Shown here piece after piece: positions 1 to 8,163 of a DNA stretch of 64,000 bases (position 1 is the first letter of the stretch; the number at the start of each line of letters is the position of its first letter). A program made the translations under genes and the position numbers. The stretch is taken from positions 102,805 to 166,804 of the IMG/VR virus record IMGVR_UViG_3300021399_000005. One strand, 5' to 3'. Origin of the DNA: a virus (lineage: Duplodnaviria > Caudoviricetes). A model generated the notes under the pieces. It worked only from the letters and a program-made list of their open reading frames with translations, searched no databases and was not told the origin of the DNA.

Positions 1-4
1 AAAC

Positions 5-31
5 AAATAAAAGCCCTCCAAGACGGAGGGC
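5..31 (-). terminator. Intrinsic terminator downstream of tmRNA
   Basis: Minus strand GCCCTCC-gtctt-GGAGGGC followed by TTTTATTT. Confidence 0.8.
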
Positions 32-34
32 TGG

Positions 35-339
35 TAGTGGAGCTGGGGGAGATCGAATCCCCGTCTTAGCTAGATTATTATTATACTTTTCTTTATCCAC
101 AGCTTACTTAGATATGGTCTTTCACAAGTATATTATCTAAGAACTTTTACTTGCGGCAGCTCGTTTTGGTAACTCTTCTAAGCGGCGAGCGCACTTAAAG
201 AGAAATTATTGAATGAAAAGATATTTTTAATCTTTGAAAAAATGTTTTTAGCGTTTAATTTTAGGTTTGATGGTTCGGGTCATCACCCCGCTGCAAGCAT
301 AACCTCACCTATCTAATCGAATGCCAACTCTACAGCCCC
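35..339 (-). ncRNA. ssrA: tmRNA; tag peptide (A)AKNIFSKIKNIFSFNNFSLSALAA
   Basis: 5' GGGGCTG pairs with 3' CAGCTCC-A (G3.U70 Ala identity); T-arm GGGGA-TTCGATC-TCCCC; resume codon GCT at 252-250, open to TAG at 180-178, tag ends in ALAA. Confidence 0.93.
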
Positions 340-737
340 ATATAAACTTTTGCATATAATGCTGTTGTTTCTTGCTTTGTTGGAGTATCTCCAACAGGGA
401 GAAATTCAACATCTAAAACAATCTTTTTATGAGGAATAACTTTTTCACAACCATAAAAATCCCAATCTCCATATCTTGCATTCATTCCATAATTCCAAGA
501 AAAATAAGAATCATTAATTTTTAAAATTGTTGATCTATTATTCCAGCTTTTATAAAGGTCATATTCTTGACAAACATCAGCAACCAAAAAATTTTCATCG
601 ATAGTATCAAAAACTTCTAAAGGTTCATCTTCATCAGAAAGGATATTTTCATGGTCTTCATAGTTTAATAACATAGCATCGGCAATTTCTTCTCTAGTAG
701 CTTCATTATCAATAAGTTTTTGAATTGAGATTTGCAT
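330..737 (-). CDS. Hypothetical acidic protein; last 10 nt overlap the tmRNA 5' end
   Basis: 135-aa ORF with AAGGA SD upstream. Confidence 0.75.
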   Translation of the reverse strand: MQISIQKLIDNEATREEIADAMLLNYEDHENILSDEDEPLEVFDTIDENFLVADVCQEYDLYKSWNNRSTILKINDSYFSWNYGMNARYGDWDFYGCEKVIPHKKIVLDVEFLPVGDTPTKQETTALYAKVYMGL

Positions 738-759
738 ATTTTTATTCCTTTTCTTTTGT

Positions 760-834
760 GAGGGAGACCAAAGAGAATCGAACTCTTATTTAGACGGTCA
801 CAACGTCTCGCTCTACCATTGAACTATAGCCTCC
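760..834 (-). tRNA. tRNA-His(GUG)
   Basis: Anticodon arm AGACG-TT GTG AC-CGTCT; G-1 and C73. Confidence 0.9.
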
Positions 835-842
835 ATATAAAA

Positions 843-918
843 TGGTGGACAGTCCCAGTTACGCTCTGGGCTCTCTGGTGTTTCAGACCAGCGCTTTCAC
901 TAGATTAGCTTACTGTCC
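843..918 (-). tRNA. tRNA-Phe(GAA), atypical T-loop
   Basis: CTGGT-CT GAA AC-ACCAG; encoded CCA; T-loop AGCGTAA. Confidence 0.85.
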
Positions 919-1195
919 ATCAAAAAGTGAGGCCCAACCCTCACTGGCAGGATATATAACCCTGGAGTTCCCTCAGCTTTATTAAGTCCAGTATGACAAC
1001 ATTCACTACCGAGGTGGTGGAAAAAAAGAAAAAAGGTTAAGAACATTCTGCGGATCCCTGACGTTTTTATGTCCGAAATTTAAAGGGGCATGACTTCCTT
1101 TTAGGTACTGTTGCTGAAGCCTCATTCACTTCACCACTTGCGTTTGGCGTTCTACTTCGGTGGCCAATCCGATTAATATTCCTTTTTTCTGTTGT

Positions 1196-1279
1196 TAGTG
1201 CGGATAACAGGACTCGAACCTGTACGCACGAGGCATTAGTTTCTAAGACTAACATGGCTGCCAATTACATCATATCCGC
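1196..1279 (-). tRNA. tRNA-Leu(UAG)
   Basis: TTAGT-CT TAG AA-ACTAA; variable arm; TTCGAGT T-loop. Confidence 0.92.
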
Positions 1280-1469
1280 ATGTATAAAAACTTTCTTCAA
1301 CCCTGATTTACCTAGCCCACGTTACGATTTATCTAGGCGTTTCTGCAATTGGGTGCTATTATCCCTAGCGTTGAATTTTAGGGCACTTCCTGAGAGATCC
1401 TTGGGTATCTCCTTTAAAGATTCGCGGGTCTTTAAAGGTTCGCATTGAAAGCTTTTTTAAAAAATAAAA

Positions 1470-1543
1470 TGGCGGCCCCAATAGGAATCGAACCTATATT
1501 GTTTGAATCAAAATCAAATGTTTTACCATTAAACTATGGGGCT
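1470..1543 (-). tRNA. tRNA-Gln(UUG)
   Basis: TTTGA-TT TTG AT-TCAAA; ends GCCA. Confidence 0.9.
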
Positions 1544-1558
1544 ATAAACTTGGGATTT

Positions 1559-2302
1559 TTATAGAAGTTCCCATTCTTCATCAGAGTATTTTTGTATATC
1601 TTTTTTTGTTCTTGGTAAGCTAAATTTGTCACATCATTTTCTAATAGCGTTATCAGAAACATCATACTGTCTTCCAATTTCTAAAAAAGATTTAGTACGA
1701 ATTAAATTTTTTAATTCTTCTCTTGAAACTGGCATTTTTTCAAGAGAAATTACTGAATGTTTAGCGTTACATTCTTTGCATCTAATTGCTCCATAAGAAA
1801 TTTTTACTCCACAATCAACACAATGTGACTCTTTTCTTGAGAGTTTTTCTGAAACATTTTTTCCAGCAAAAGTATCTGTTTGTCTGTCACAGTTTGGACA
1901 AATTCAACGTAAGTTTTCTAACCTATCATCATGATTGTCTCCGTTAATATGGTCTAAAGTTAATGTCAACGGTTTTCCTTGTCATTCAGGAGGTAACCCA
2001 CAAATTGCACACTTATATTCAGAATAATTTCCCTTTAAATATCATCTACGAAGTGTTGCTTGCGTTGCAGTAGAATTTTTTATAAAAACATTTTCTTCTG
2101 TTCGTTTAATAGCACCTTTTGCAACCCCAGTAAAATGATTTGTACTAATTTTATATTCATCTAGTACTTTTTGAATGGTTTGAAAATTTGAGCCAATTGA
2201 TTTATACCCAAGTTTTCGTTGTAGTTCTCTCATTGAATGAGATTCTTTAACTAATTTTTCTAATTCTTCTTTAGAATATTGACGAACTAATGCAACTGTC
2301 AT
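1559..2302 (-). CDS. Free-standing HNH endonuclease with Zn-finger and C-terminal HTH (247 aa, 4 in-frame TGA=Trp)
   Basis: Reading TGA as W gives CAICG..PEWQGKPLTLTLDHINGDNHDDRLENLRWICPNC, colinear with the HNH at 7490-8002; ends TAA. Confidence 0.9.
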
Positions 2303-2386
2303 AATATAATCTCCCTTCTTCTTATATATTATAACAAATAATGCAAAAGAATGTCAATTTTCTGCCCAAAGATTTTAAACAAAATT

Positions 2387-2464
2387 TGGCGGTCCCGACG
2401 AGACTTGAACTCGCAACCTCCGCAGTGACAGTGCGGTACTCTCAACCAATTGCGCTACGAGACC
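2387..2464 (-). tRNA. tRNA-Asp(GUC)
   Basis: CCGCA-CT GTC AC-TGCGG; ends GCCA. Confidence 0.92.
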
Positions 2465-2600
2465 GTATATTGTGGCACCAGGCTTTAACGGGTCTAGCCA
2501 CTTTTCGTCCGGCTTTGACGATATCAAGCTACCGAATGATTGTTTCTACTTCACAATCAATAACACGGGTTTAAGAGGTTTTCCTTCCTCATGATGAACT

Positions 2601-2951
2601 TTAAATTTTGATTTCGTGGATTTTTAAGTTCATTTCTTTTGCATTTTTCAGCATGTTTTTCGAGCCTGGAGATGAACCGTTCCAAAACAGTATTAATGCA
2701 TCAGCATACTCTGCCATCTGTTTATTTCTGATTGGACCAGCTGCTCGTCCATATGTGTTCCAATCAGCAGGAAATCGTTTTACAGGCAATCCATTTTCCT
2801 TTGCATACCGTTCTCCGAGTTTATCAACGCCTTGAGCACATCCGGAAACAATCTCAATATTTGTCTGGTTGGAAAGGTAATGATTCAGAACGGATTTGAC
2901 AAAAGTATAATTCGTAAAATGTCTACTACCTGCAACAATAACTTTAAACAT
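2601..2951 (-). CDS. DUF2493 / YspA-like SLOG-family protein
   Basis: Start at MFKVIVAGSR after GAGGAG SD; motifs IVSGCAQGVD, AGPIRN, WNGSSPGS. Confidence 0.85.
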   Translation of the reverse strand: MFKVIVAGSRHFTNYTFVKSVLNHYLSNQTNIEIVSGCAQGVDKLGERYAKENGLPVKRFPADWNTYGRAAGPIRNKQMAEYADALILFWNGSSPGSKNMLKNAKEMNLKIHEIKI

Positions 2952-2973
2952 GCTCTTCTCCTCTAATAAAAAG

Positions 2974-3047
2974 TGACGCATACGGGATTCGAACCCATGA
3001 ATGCCGCCGTGAAAGGGCGGTGTGTTAAGCCACTTCACCAATGCGCC
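2974..3047 (-). tRNA. tRNA-Glu(UUC)
   Basis: CCGCC-CT TTC AC-GGCGG. Confidence 0.92.
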
Positions 3048-3050
3048 ATA

Positions 3051-3136
3051 TGGTGGGACGAGGTGGAGTTGCACCACCGGTGTATCTTACGTGGCGGTTT
3101 TACAGACCGCTGGAATCGCTGCTATCCTACCGTCCC
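3051..3136 (-). tRNA. tRNA-Tyr(GUA), atypical T-loop
   Basis: GCGGT-CT GTA AA-ACCGC; long variable arm; T-loop TGCAACT; CCA. Confidence 0.88.
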
Positions 3137-3154
3137 ATTTTTTTTATTTATAAT

Positions 3155-3238
3155 GTGCACCCAAGCAAGGAATCGAACCCTTTGTTGGCAGATTTGGAGT
3201 CTGCTGAAGACCCCAGTCTTCTTTGAAACTGCTCGGAT
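3155..3238 (-). tRNA. tRNA-Trp(CCA) with aberrant D-arm and acceptor/D linker
   Basis: GCAGA-CT CCA AA-TCTGC; G73; 6-bp D-stem GAAGAC/GTCTTC with TGGG loop; 9-10 nt linker after acceptor strand. Confidence 0.8.
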
Positions 3239-3241
3239 ATA

Positions 3242-3317
3242 TGGTGCCGACTAGAGGAATCGAACCCCCAACCTACTGATTACAGGTCAGTTGCTCTGCC
3301 AGTTGAGCTAAGTCGGC
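3242..3317 (-). tRNA. tRNA-Thr(UGU), C33
   Basis: ACTGA-CC TGT AA-TCAGT; acceptor GCCGACT/AGTCGGC; CCA. Confidence 0.9.
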
Positions 3318-3320
3318 ATT

Positions 3321-3429
3321 TGGTGGCGGTCTATTTAAGAACAATCACGCGCGACTAGAGATTTCTTGGTTGTTAGCAGTATCTATTTAGCTTTCATAGA
3401 CTTACCAACTACTGCATGTTCTGCCCGCC
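3321..3429 (-). ncRNA. Unknown 109-nt structured RNA with paired ends and ACCA 3' terminus
   Basis: GGCGG/CCGCC-ACCA terminal stem; nested AGAACA/TGTTCT, GCAGTA/TACTGC, TCTAT/ATAGA; no T-loop or anticodon arm. Confidence 0.6.
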
Positions 3430-3556
3430 ATATGTTTTAAGTCGCATATCGTTGCACGTTTATAAGGGAAAACATGCAAACCCAAGAGTCCTTTTATTTT
3501 ACGTCCTACACCTTATCGGACGGAAGGAAAGCTTTCCCTTTCCTTTTTACACATAT

Positions 3557-3585
3557 ATTATATCACAAAATTTTTATTTTGTCAA
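3557..3585 (-). promoter_or_regulatory. Sigma-A-type promoter for the downstream tRNA/tmRNA block
   Basis: TTGACA-N17-TATAAT with extended TG; -35 overlaps the TGA stop of the methyltransferase. Confidence 0.85.
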
Positions 3586-4463
3586 TATTTTTTTGCTTTT
3601 GCAACAATAGTACAAGTCATATATGGAAAAATTTCTTCATTTTTATCATTAAATACCCATACCTTTGTAGTAATAAACTTAGGATACTCTTCTTTGCTTT
3701 TGGCAAAAGAAATAATATCAAAGTTAGCTTCTTTAATTACTTTTGTCCAAGCATTTTCAGATAAAATACAAAATTTTTCATTAATTTCTCTGTGCCAGCT
3801 ATCTGCGCCCCAAGTCCATGTTGCAAAGAATTCTTGAATTAATTTAATAGAACATTTAATTTCATGGTCATTCAGAACAACATAACTGCCAAATTTATCC
3901 CTACCTTGAATATAGGGAAAATCTCTTACAAAACGTTTAAACCATCCAAAATCTTTGCGGGTTAAAAAATTAACTCTACAAGATGTCGGCATTTGAGCTT
4001 CTAAGCCATCTCTAATAATTAAGGTACCACCATTCGCCAAAAGCGCATTTGCGTCTTTTAAAGCATTTTCAATAGGAATTGAAGTGTATCTTGCGGCAGG
4101 TTCTGCATAAGAAGAAAATTCGTGCAGAACAGAAGAGAAAATAACACAGTCAAATTCAATTTTTAACTTTTCTTTAACTTCTTCTAATCCAATACAATAT
4201 ACTTCAAGTTGATGTGAGCGTGCAATCTCTACAGCTTTTGGATTTAAGTCAATGCCAATAACTCTCGCTTCTGGATTAACCTCTTTAATGATTTTCATTA
4301 AAGAGCCATCTGCGCAACCCACGTCTAGGATGGTCTTACAACCAAAAGTATAGAAAGGAATCATCTGCTTAGAGCTTGTAGAACAACTGTTCCTCATTCT
4401 GTTTAAATAAGTTGAATAATTTTCTTCGTTCTGATTTGCTAAATATTCCAATGTATTTGCCAT
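3582..4463 (-). CDS. Class I SAM-dependent methyltransferase
   Basis: Motif I ILDVGCADG, VIGIDLN, FDCVIFSSVLHE, LANGGTLIIRD. Confidence 0.88.
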   Translation of the reverse strand: MANTLEYLANQNEENYSTYLNRMRNSCSTSSKQMIPFYTFGCKTILDVGCADGSLMKIIKEVNPEARVIGIDLNPKAVEIARSHQLEVYCIGLEEVKEKLKIEFDCVIFSSVLHEFSSYAEPAARYTSIPIENALKDANALLANGGTLIIRDGLEAQMPTSCRVNFLTRKDFGWFKRFVRDFPYIQGRDKFGSYVVLNDHEIKCSIKLIQEFFATWTWGADSWHREINEKFCILSENAWTKVIKEANFDIISFAKSKEEYPKFITTKVWVFNDKNEEIFPYMTCTIVAKAKKY

Positions 4464-4524
4464 AGCTTAAGACTCCTTTCCTTTTTTCTATATATATTTT
4501 ACTATATATTTTTAAAATAATCAA

Positions 4525-5697
4525 TTAGGAGGCTTTAAAATTGTAAATTGGTTTTAGAATTTTTTCAATTCTAACAGTATCTTTAACTAATTCAATAATT
4601 TCTTCTGATGGTTTGTAAGCAAAAGGAGATTCATCTAAAGTTTCCTCAACAATAGAAGTAGAATAAATTCCTTCCATAGTGTTCTGGAAATCTTCTAAGT
4701 TTATTAACTCTTTTGCTTGTTTTCTTGACATAACTCTGCCTGCGCCATGCGGAGCAGAATTATTCCAATCTTCATTACCTAGACCTGTGCCCAGGATACA
4801 ACCATCGCGCATATTCAATGGAATTAAAACTCGTTCTCCGTAATGTGCGGAGATAGCACCTTTGCGCACGATTCCATCTTTAAAAGAAATGTAGTTATGA
4901 ATAGTTTCAAAAGAATCTATTCCTTCCCATCCCATAGCAAGACAAATAATTTCTCCTATTGCTTCTCTATTGATAGAAGCAAAGTTTTGACATATTTCCA
5001 TATCATGAAGATAATCTTTTCTATCTTGACCTTCTAAATAGCATAATTCTTTTGGGATGTTGACCACTGGAATTTGGGCCAAAGCATTTGAAATTTCCTT
5101 TTGTCTTCCTGCTGCTTTATATTCTCGAATCAATTCTTCTCTTGCGGATTTGTTATTTTGGCAGTTTTTTATAGCTAAATCTTGGTAGTAAGAAGCTACT
5201 TGGACTCCTAAATTTCTAGAGCCAGAATGAATTATTAAATAAATGTTACCGTCTTCGTCCTGATCCAGTTCAATGAAGTGGTTACCACCACCAAGAGAAC
5301 CTAAAGATCTTTCAAGCCAATCTACATCATGCAAATAAGAATAACATTTTAATTTGTGTAAAAAAGAAGTATCTGAAACAGGAATTTCATGAACATTACA
5401 TCCAGATGGAACATAAGTTCTAATTACTTCATCTAATTTTGCAAAATCTACTGCAAGAGGTCCAAGGTTAGCTGTAAGCATGCCGCAACCGATGTCCACT
5501 CCGACAACATTAGGAATAACTTTATCTGTCATGTTTGCGGTAAATCCAATAACTGTGCCTTTTCCAGCATGGCAGTCTGGCATTATTCTAATCTTGGAAT
5601 CGGAAAAAGCAGCTGATTCAGAAATTGCTTCAATTTGTTCTTTTGCTGTTTGTTCCAAAGTTTTTGCATATATCTTTAAATCTGACATTTTTATCAC
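4525..5697 (-). CDS. rtcB: RtcB-family RNA 2',3'-cyclic phosphate/3'-phosphate ligase
   Basis: MPDCHAG, GVDIGCG, LGSLGGGNHFIE, HSGSR, HNY, SAPHGAGR, DESPFAYK. Confidence 0.97.
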   Translation of the reverse strand: MIKMSDLKIYAKTLEQTAKEQIEAISESAAFSDSKIRIMPDCHAGKGTVIGFTANMTDKVIPNVVGVDIGCGMLTANLGPLAVDFAKLDEVIRTYVPSGCNVHEIPVSDTSFLHKLKCYSYLHDVDWLERSLGSLGGGNHFIELDQDEDGNIYLIIHSGSRNLGVQVASYYQDLAIKNCQNNKSAREELIREYKAAGRQKEISNALAQIPVVNIPKELCYLEGQDRKDYLHDMEICQNFASINREAIGEIICLAMGWEGIDSFETIHNYISFKDGIVRKGAISAHYGERVLIPLNMRDGCILGTGLGNEDWNNSAPHGAGRVMSRKQAKELINLEDFQNTMEGIYSTSIVEETLDESPFAYKPSEEIIELVKDTVRIEKILKPIYNFKAS

Positions 5698-5750
5698 CTC
5701 TTACATTATTATTATATAATAAATTATTATAAAAATCAAAAGAGAAAGAA

Positions 5751-5903
5751 TTATTCTTTCTCTTTTAAACGTTTTAATTCGTTTTCTAATTCCATAATTC
5801 TTGCAGCAGTCTTCTTATCTTCTTCATCTCTCATTTTCATATCAAGAATAATTAAAACAAGAGTAAAAAAACTAACTACAATCTGAACAAGAGCAAGTTC
5901 CAT
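5751..5903 (-). CDS. Small protein with N-terminal hydrophobic helix (50 aa)
   Basis: MELALVQIVVSFFTLVLIILD...; TAATG coupling to upstream gene. Confidence 0.6.
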   Translation of the reverse strand: MELALVQIVVSFFTLVLIILDMKMRDEEDKKTAARIMELENELKRLKEKE

Positions 5904-6130
5904 TAAAGACCAGCCTTTCTTCGTCTTTCTATTAGTTTTTCAGCAAGTTTTTCTGCTTCTTTATTACCAAGAGGATCATAATCTCCTCAACGAGCAATAG
6001 AATTTTCTAATTTACGAATTTTTCGCCTAACTTTTTTTAATGCGCCGGGGCAGGCGAAAGATTTCCCTTTGGCTAGAATGCGTTGCTCTCTAGCTCGTAA
6101 TTCCGCAAGTTTTAATTCTTTTTCTGTCAT
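5903..6130 (-). CDS. Small basic protein (75 aa if TGA at 5987-5989 is Trp)
   Basis: AAGGAG SD; read-through ends in a TAATG overlap with the next gene. Confidence 0.6.
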
Positions 6131-6151
6131 ATTATCTCCTTAAAAATAAAA

Positions 6152-6239
6152 TGGCGTTGATTGAGGGATTCGAACCCTCGGTACCGGATGGTACGGCAAC
6201 TTAGCAGGTTGCTGGTATAGACCGCTCACCCAAATCAAC
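6152..6239 (-). tRNA. tRNA-Ser(GCU)
   Basis: GCAAC-CT GCT AA-GTTGC; long variable arm; GCCA. Confidence 0.92.
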
Positions 6240-6246
6240 ATAAAAA

Positions 6247-6320
6247 TGGAGAGCTAGGTCAGATTCGAACTGACGTTAAGGCGGTTGCAGCGCCGTCCCT
6301 GGCCACTTGGGTACTAGCTC
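6247..6320 (-). tRNA. tRNA-Cys(GCA)
   Basis: GGCG-CT GCA AC-CGCC; U73; CCA. Confidence 0.9.
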
Positions 6321-6646
6321 ATTATTCCTAGCATTCTACTTTAACTTTAACTCTTGGAACTTTATATTCTTCTGAGCCATAGCCTCTTGTTTCAATTGAA
6401 CACTCTACTTGAACACTATCTTCTAATATGTCAAAATATTCTGCTACAATTTTTTTAATGTCTTTTTCATCTAATTCACAAATTTGTCTCATTAAAAATA
6501 CTCCTTAAAATTGGCGTTGAGCGGGGTCGTTTTCAACTCAATTTACGTCTAATTATTTTTAGTCGCCAGCGGCTATTATTTAAAGACCAACGACATCAAG
6601 TTTTTAGTTGCCTAGGACACGGGATGACTATAAACCTTTTGTAAAG

Positions 6647-6729
6647 CGCCGTGCACAGGATTCGAACCTGCAAAGCTTTTCAGCTCAACGGTTTTCAAGA
6701 CCGCTCCCTCACCAACCCGGACACACGGC
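6647..6729 (-). tRNA. tRNA-Ser(UGA)
   Basis: GCGGT-CT TGA AA-ACCGT; variable arm; G73. Confidence 0.9.
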
Positions 6730-6734
6730 ATAAG

Positions 6735-6809
6735 TGGACTGTGAGAGGCTCGAACTCCCGACCTGTCGCTTATGAGGCGATAGCTCTAACCAAACTGAGC
6801 TAACAGTCC
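6735..6809 (-). tRNA. tRNA with CAU anticodon (Ile2 or elongator Met)
   Basis: TCGC-CT CAT AA-GCGA; acceptor GGACTGT/ACAGTCC. Confidence 0.88.
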
Positions 6810-6816
6810 ATAAAAA

Positions 6817-7035
6817 CTATTTAAAAAGTTTTTTTCCTGTTTTAGGGTCTTTTATATATTCTCCATGAATTTTTGGTTCCCCATTTCTTTTTACAACAAC
6901 CTTTCCAAAACTTTTATTCTCTTGTTCTACAAGATTGTTCCAAAAATTATCAATATTTTCGGTATTTTTAAAAGTTTCTTCATCAAAATCAATTTCGACT
7001 TCTTTAGTTACACAATAAGTAAGAATACCTTTCAT
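6817..7035 (-). CDS. Hypothetical protein
   Basis: 72-aa ORF with AAGGA SD between tRNAs. Confidence 0.65.
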   Translation of the reverse strand: MKGILTYCVTKEVEIDFDEETFKNTENIDNFWNNLVEQENKSFGKVVVKRNGEPKIHGEYIKDPKTGKKLFK

Positions 7036-7057
7036 ATTTTTCCTTTCTTTAAAAAAG

Positions 7058-7130
7058 TAGGGGTTGACAGACTCGAACTGTCGACTTCCGATTTGTAAGA
7101 CCGATACTCTCCCAACTGAGCTAAACCCCT
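7058..7130 (-). tRNA. tRNA-Val(UAC)
   Basis: TCGGT-CT TAC AA-ATCGG. Confidence 0.9.
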
Positions 7131-7133
7131 ATT

Positions 7134-7249
7134 TGGTGGAGCCGGAAGGATTTGAACCTTCGTTTCTGGTGACGAACCAGCCTCTTGCCATGGATAGTTT
7201 TTCATAATGTTGTCATCATTATTACTCTCTATCTCCAGAAGATAGCCCC
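7134..7249 (-). ncRNA. tRNA-like RNA with Ala-type acceptor stem, canonical T-arm, CCA, giant D-arm and non-canonical anticodon arm
   Basis: GGGGCT/GGCTCC-ACCA (G3.U70, A73); T-arm GAAGG-TTCAAAT-CCTTC; about 60-nt nested stem replaces the D-arm; CTGGT-TCGTC-ACCAG hairpin. Confidence 0.7.
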
Positions 7250-7256
7250 ATTAAAA

Positions 7257-7332
7257 TGGAGAATATGGGATTCGAACCCATCTGTTTTCCTGTTTGCAGG
7301 ACAGGTAACCACCCCAAGCAGTTCCATTCCCC
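7257..7332 (-). tRNA. tRNA-Ala(UGC), C33
   Basis: CCTGT-CC TGC AA-ACAGG; G3.U70. Confidence 0.88.
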
Positions 7333-7392
7333 ATGTATAAAGTGTCAGAAGCGGGACTCGAACCCGCACGAGATTTTACCTCACGGGATTTT

Positions 7393-8163
7393 CTTACTAC
7401 TCTATATCACTATAGCCGCGGAAATCCGCGTTGTAGTCTGGACTATTTCTTAACCATAGCTTACGCCTTAGGTTGATGGTATATAGTCTCTACACATTTA
7501 TTTTGGGTTTAATATTCTTACCTCTATAAGTTTCAGTAGTTGCATGACAATTTGGACATAAATATCTAAGATTTTCTACTCTGTTATCATTATTATTTCC
7601 ATTAATATGGTCTATTTCCAATGCAATTTCAGTATTTAGCCAATGCCCATCACATCCACAGAATTGACATTTATATTCTATAACATTATGTCTTTCAACA
7701 TAACCTCTTAAAACTTTTTGTGTAACAGGACTGTTTTCACAAAATACTTCTTCAAGTTGATATTTTTCTTTATTTAAACTATCTCTTACAAGTCGTTCAT
7801 CAGTTTCTTTTGTTTTTCCTTTACTCCATAACTGACCTGTAAAATGTGAAATATCAATTCCAAATTCTGCAATTTTTTTCTTTAAAGTTTCTTGATTTCC
7901 TCCAGCTTGTTTTCTTCCCGCTTTTCTTAATACTTCAGCAAGTGAATAACTATCAGCACAAAGTTCTTCAAGCCACTCTTTAGTATATTTTTGTAATGCC
8001 ATATACTATCTCTCCTTTCATATAAATATGAAAAGTTCGTCTACCTTTTTATAAAGGTCTACCCAAAAATTTAGCTCGTCGTTGCCTCTACCTAAATAAA
8101 GGTTTTCGTCGAATTAGCCATCATTCACACTAGAAGTTTCCTATCTAGGTGCTCAAATTATCT
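7393..8163 (-). mobile_element. Group I self-splicing intron with internal HNH ORF
   Basis: P1 with U.G at the 5' splice site (CTT^AGA..TTTGAG); R element GTAGAGACTA; S element AAGAAATAGTCC; terminal omega-G at 7393. Confidence 0.9.
7490..8002 (-). CDS. Intron-encoded HNH homing endonuclease
   Basis: CQFCG..LEIDHINGNNNDNRVENLRYLCPNCH; own SD AAGGAG; stop overlaps the P7/R element. Confidence 0.92.
   Translation of the reverse strand: MALQKYTKEWLEELCADSYSLAEVLRKAGRKQAGGNQETLKKKIAEFGIDISHFTGQLWSKGKTKETDERLVRDSLNKEKYQLEEVFCENSPVTQKVLRGYVERHNVIEYKCQFCGCDGHWLNTEIALEIDHINGNNNDNRVENLRYLCPNCHATTETYRGKNIKPKINV

Noticed and set aside
1551-1580. PreQ1-I riboswitch
   Set aside because: Topology is similar but ligand-binding loop residues are missing, and it lies at a gene 3' end rather than in a leader.
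1559-2302. TGA as Gly (code 25) or selenocysteine
   Set aside because: TGA aligns with Trp/aromatic positions in the HNH paralog; it is too frequent for Sec and no SECIS or sel genes are seen.
6647-6729. tRNA with TGA in its anticodon as the opal suppressor
   Set aside because: Anticodon UGA reads Ser UCA codons; a suppressor needs anticodon UCA, which is absent from the window.
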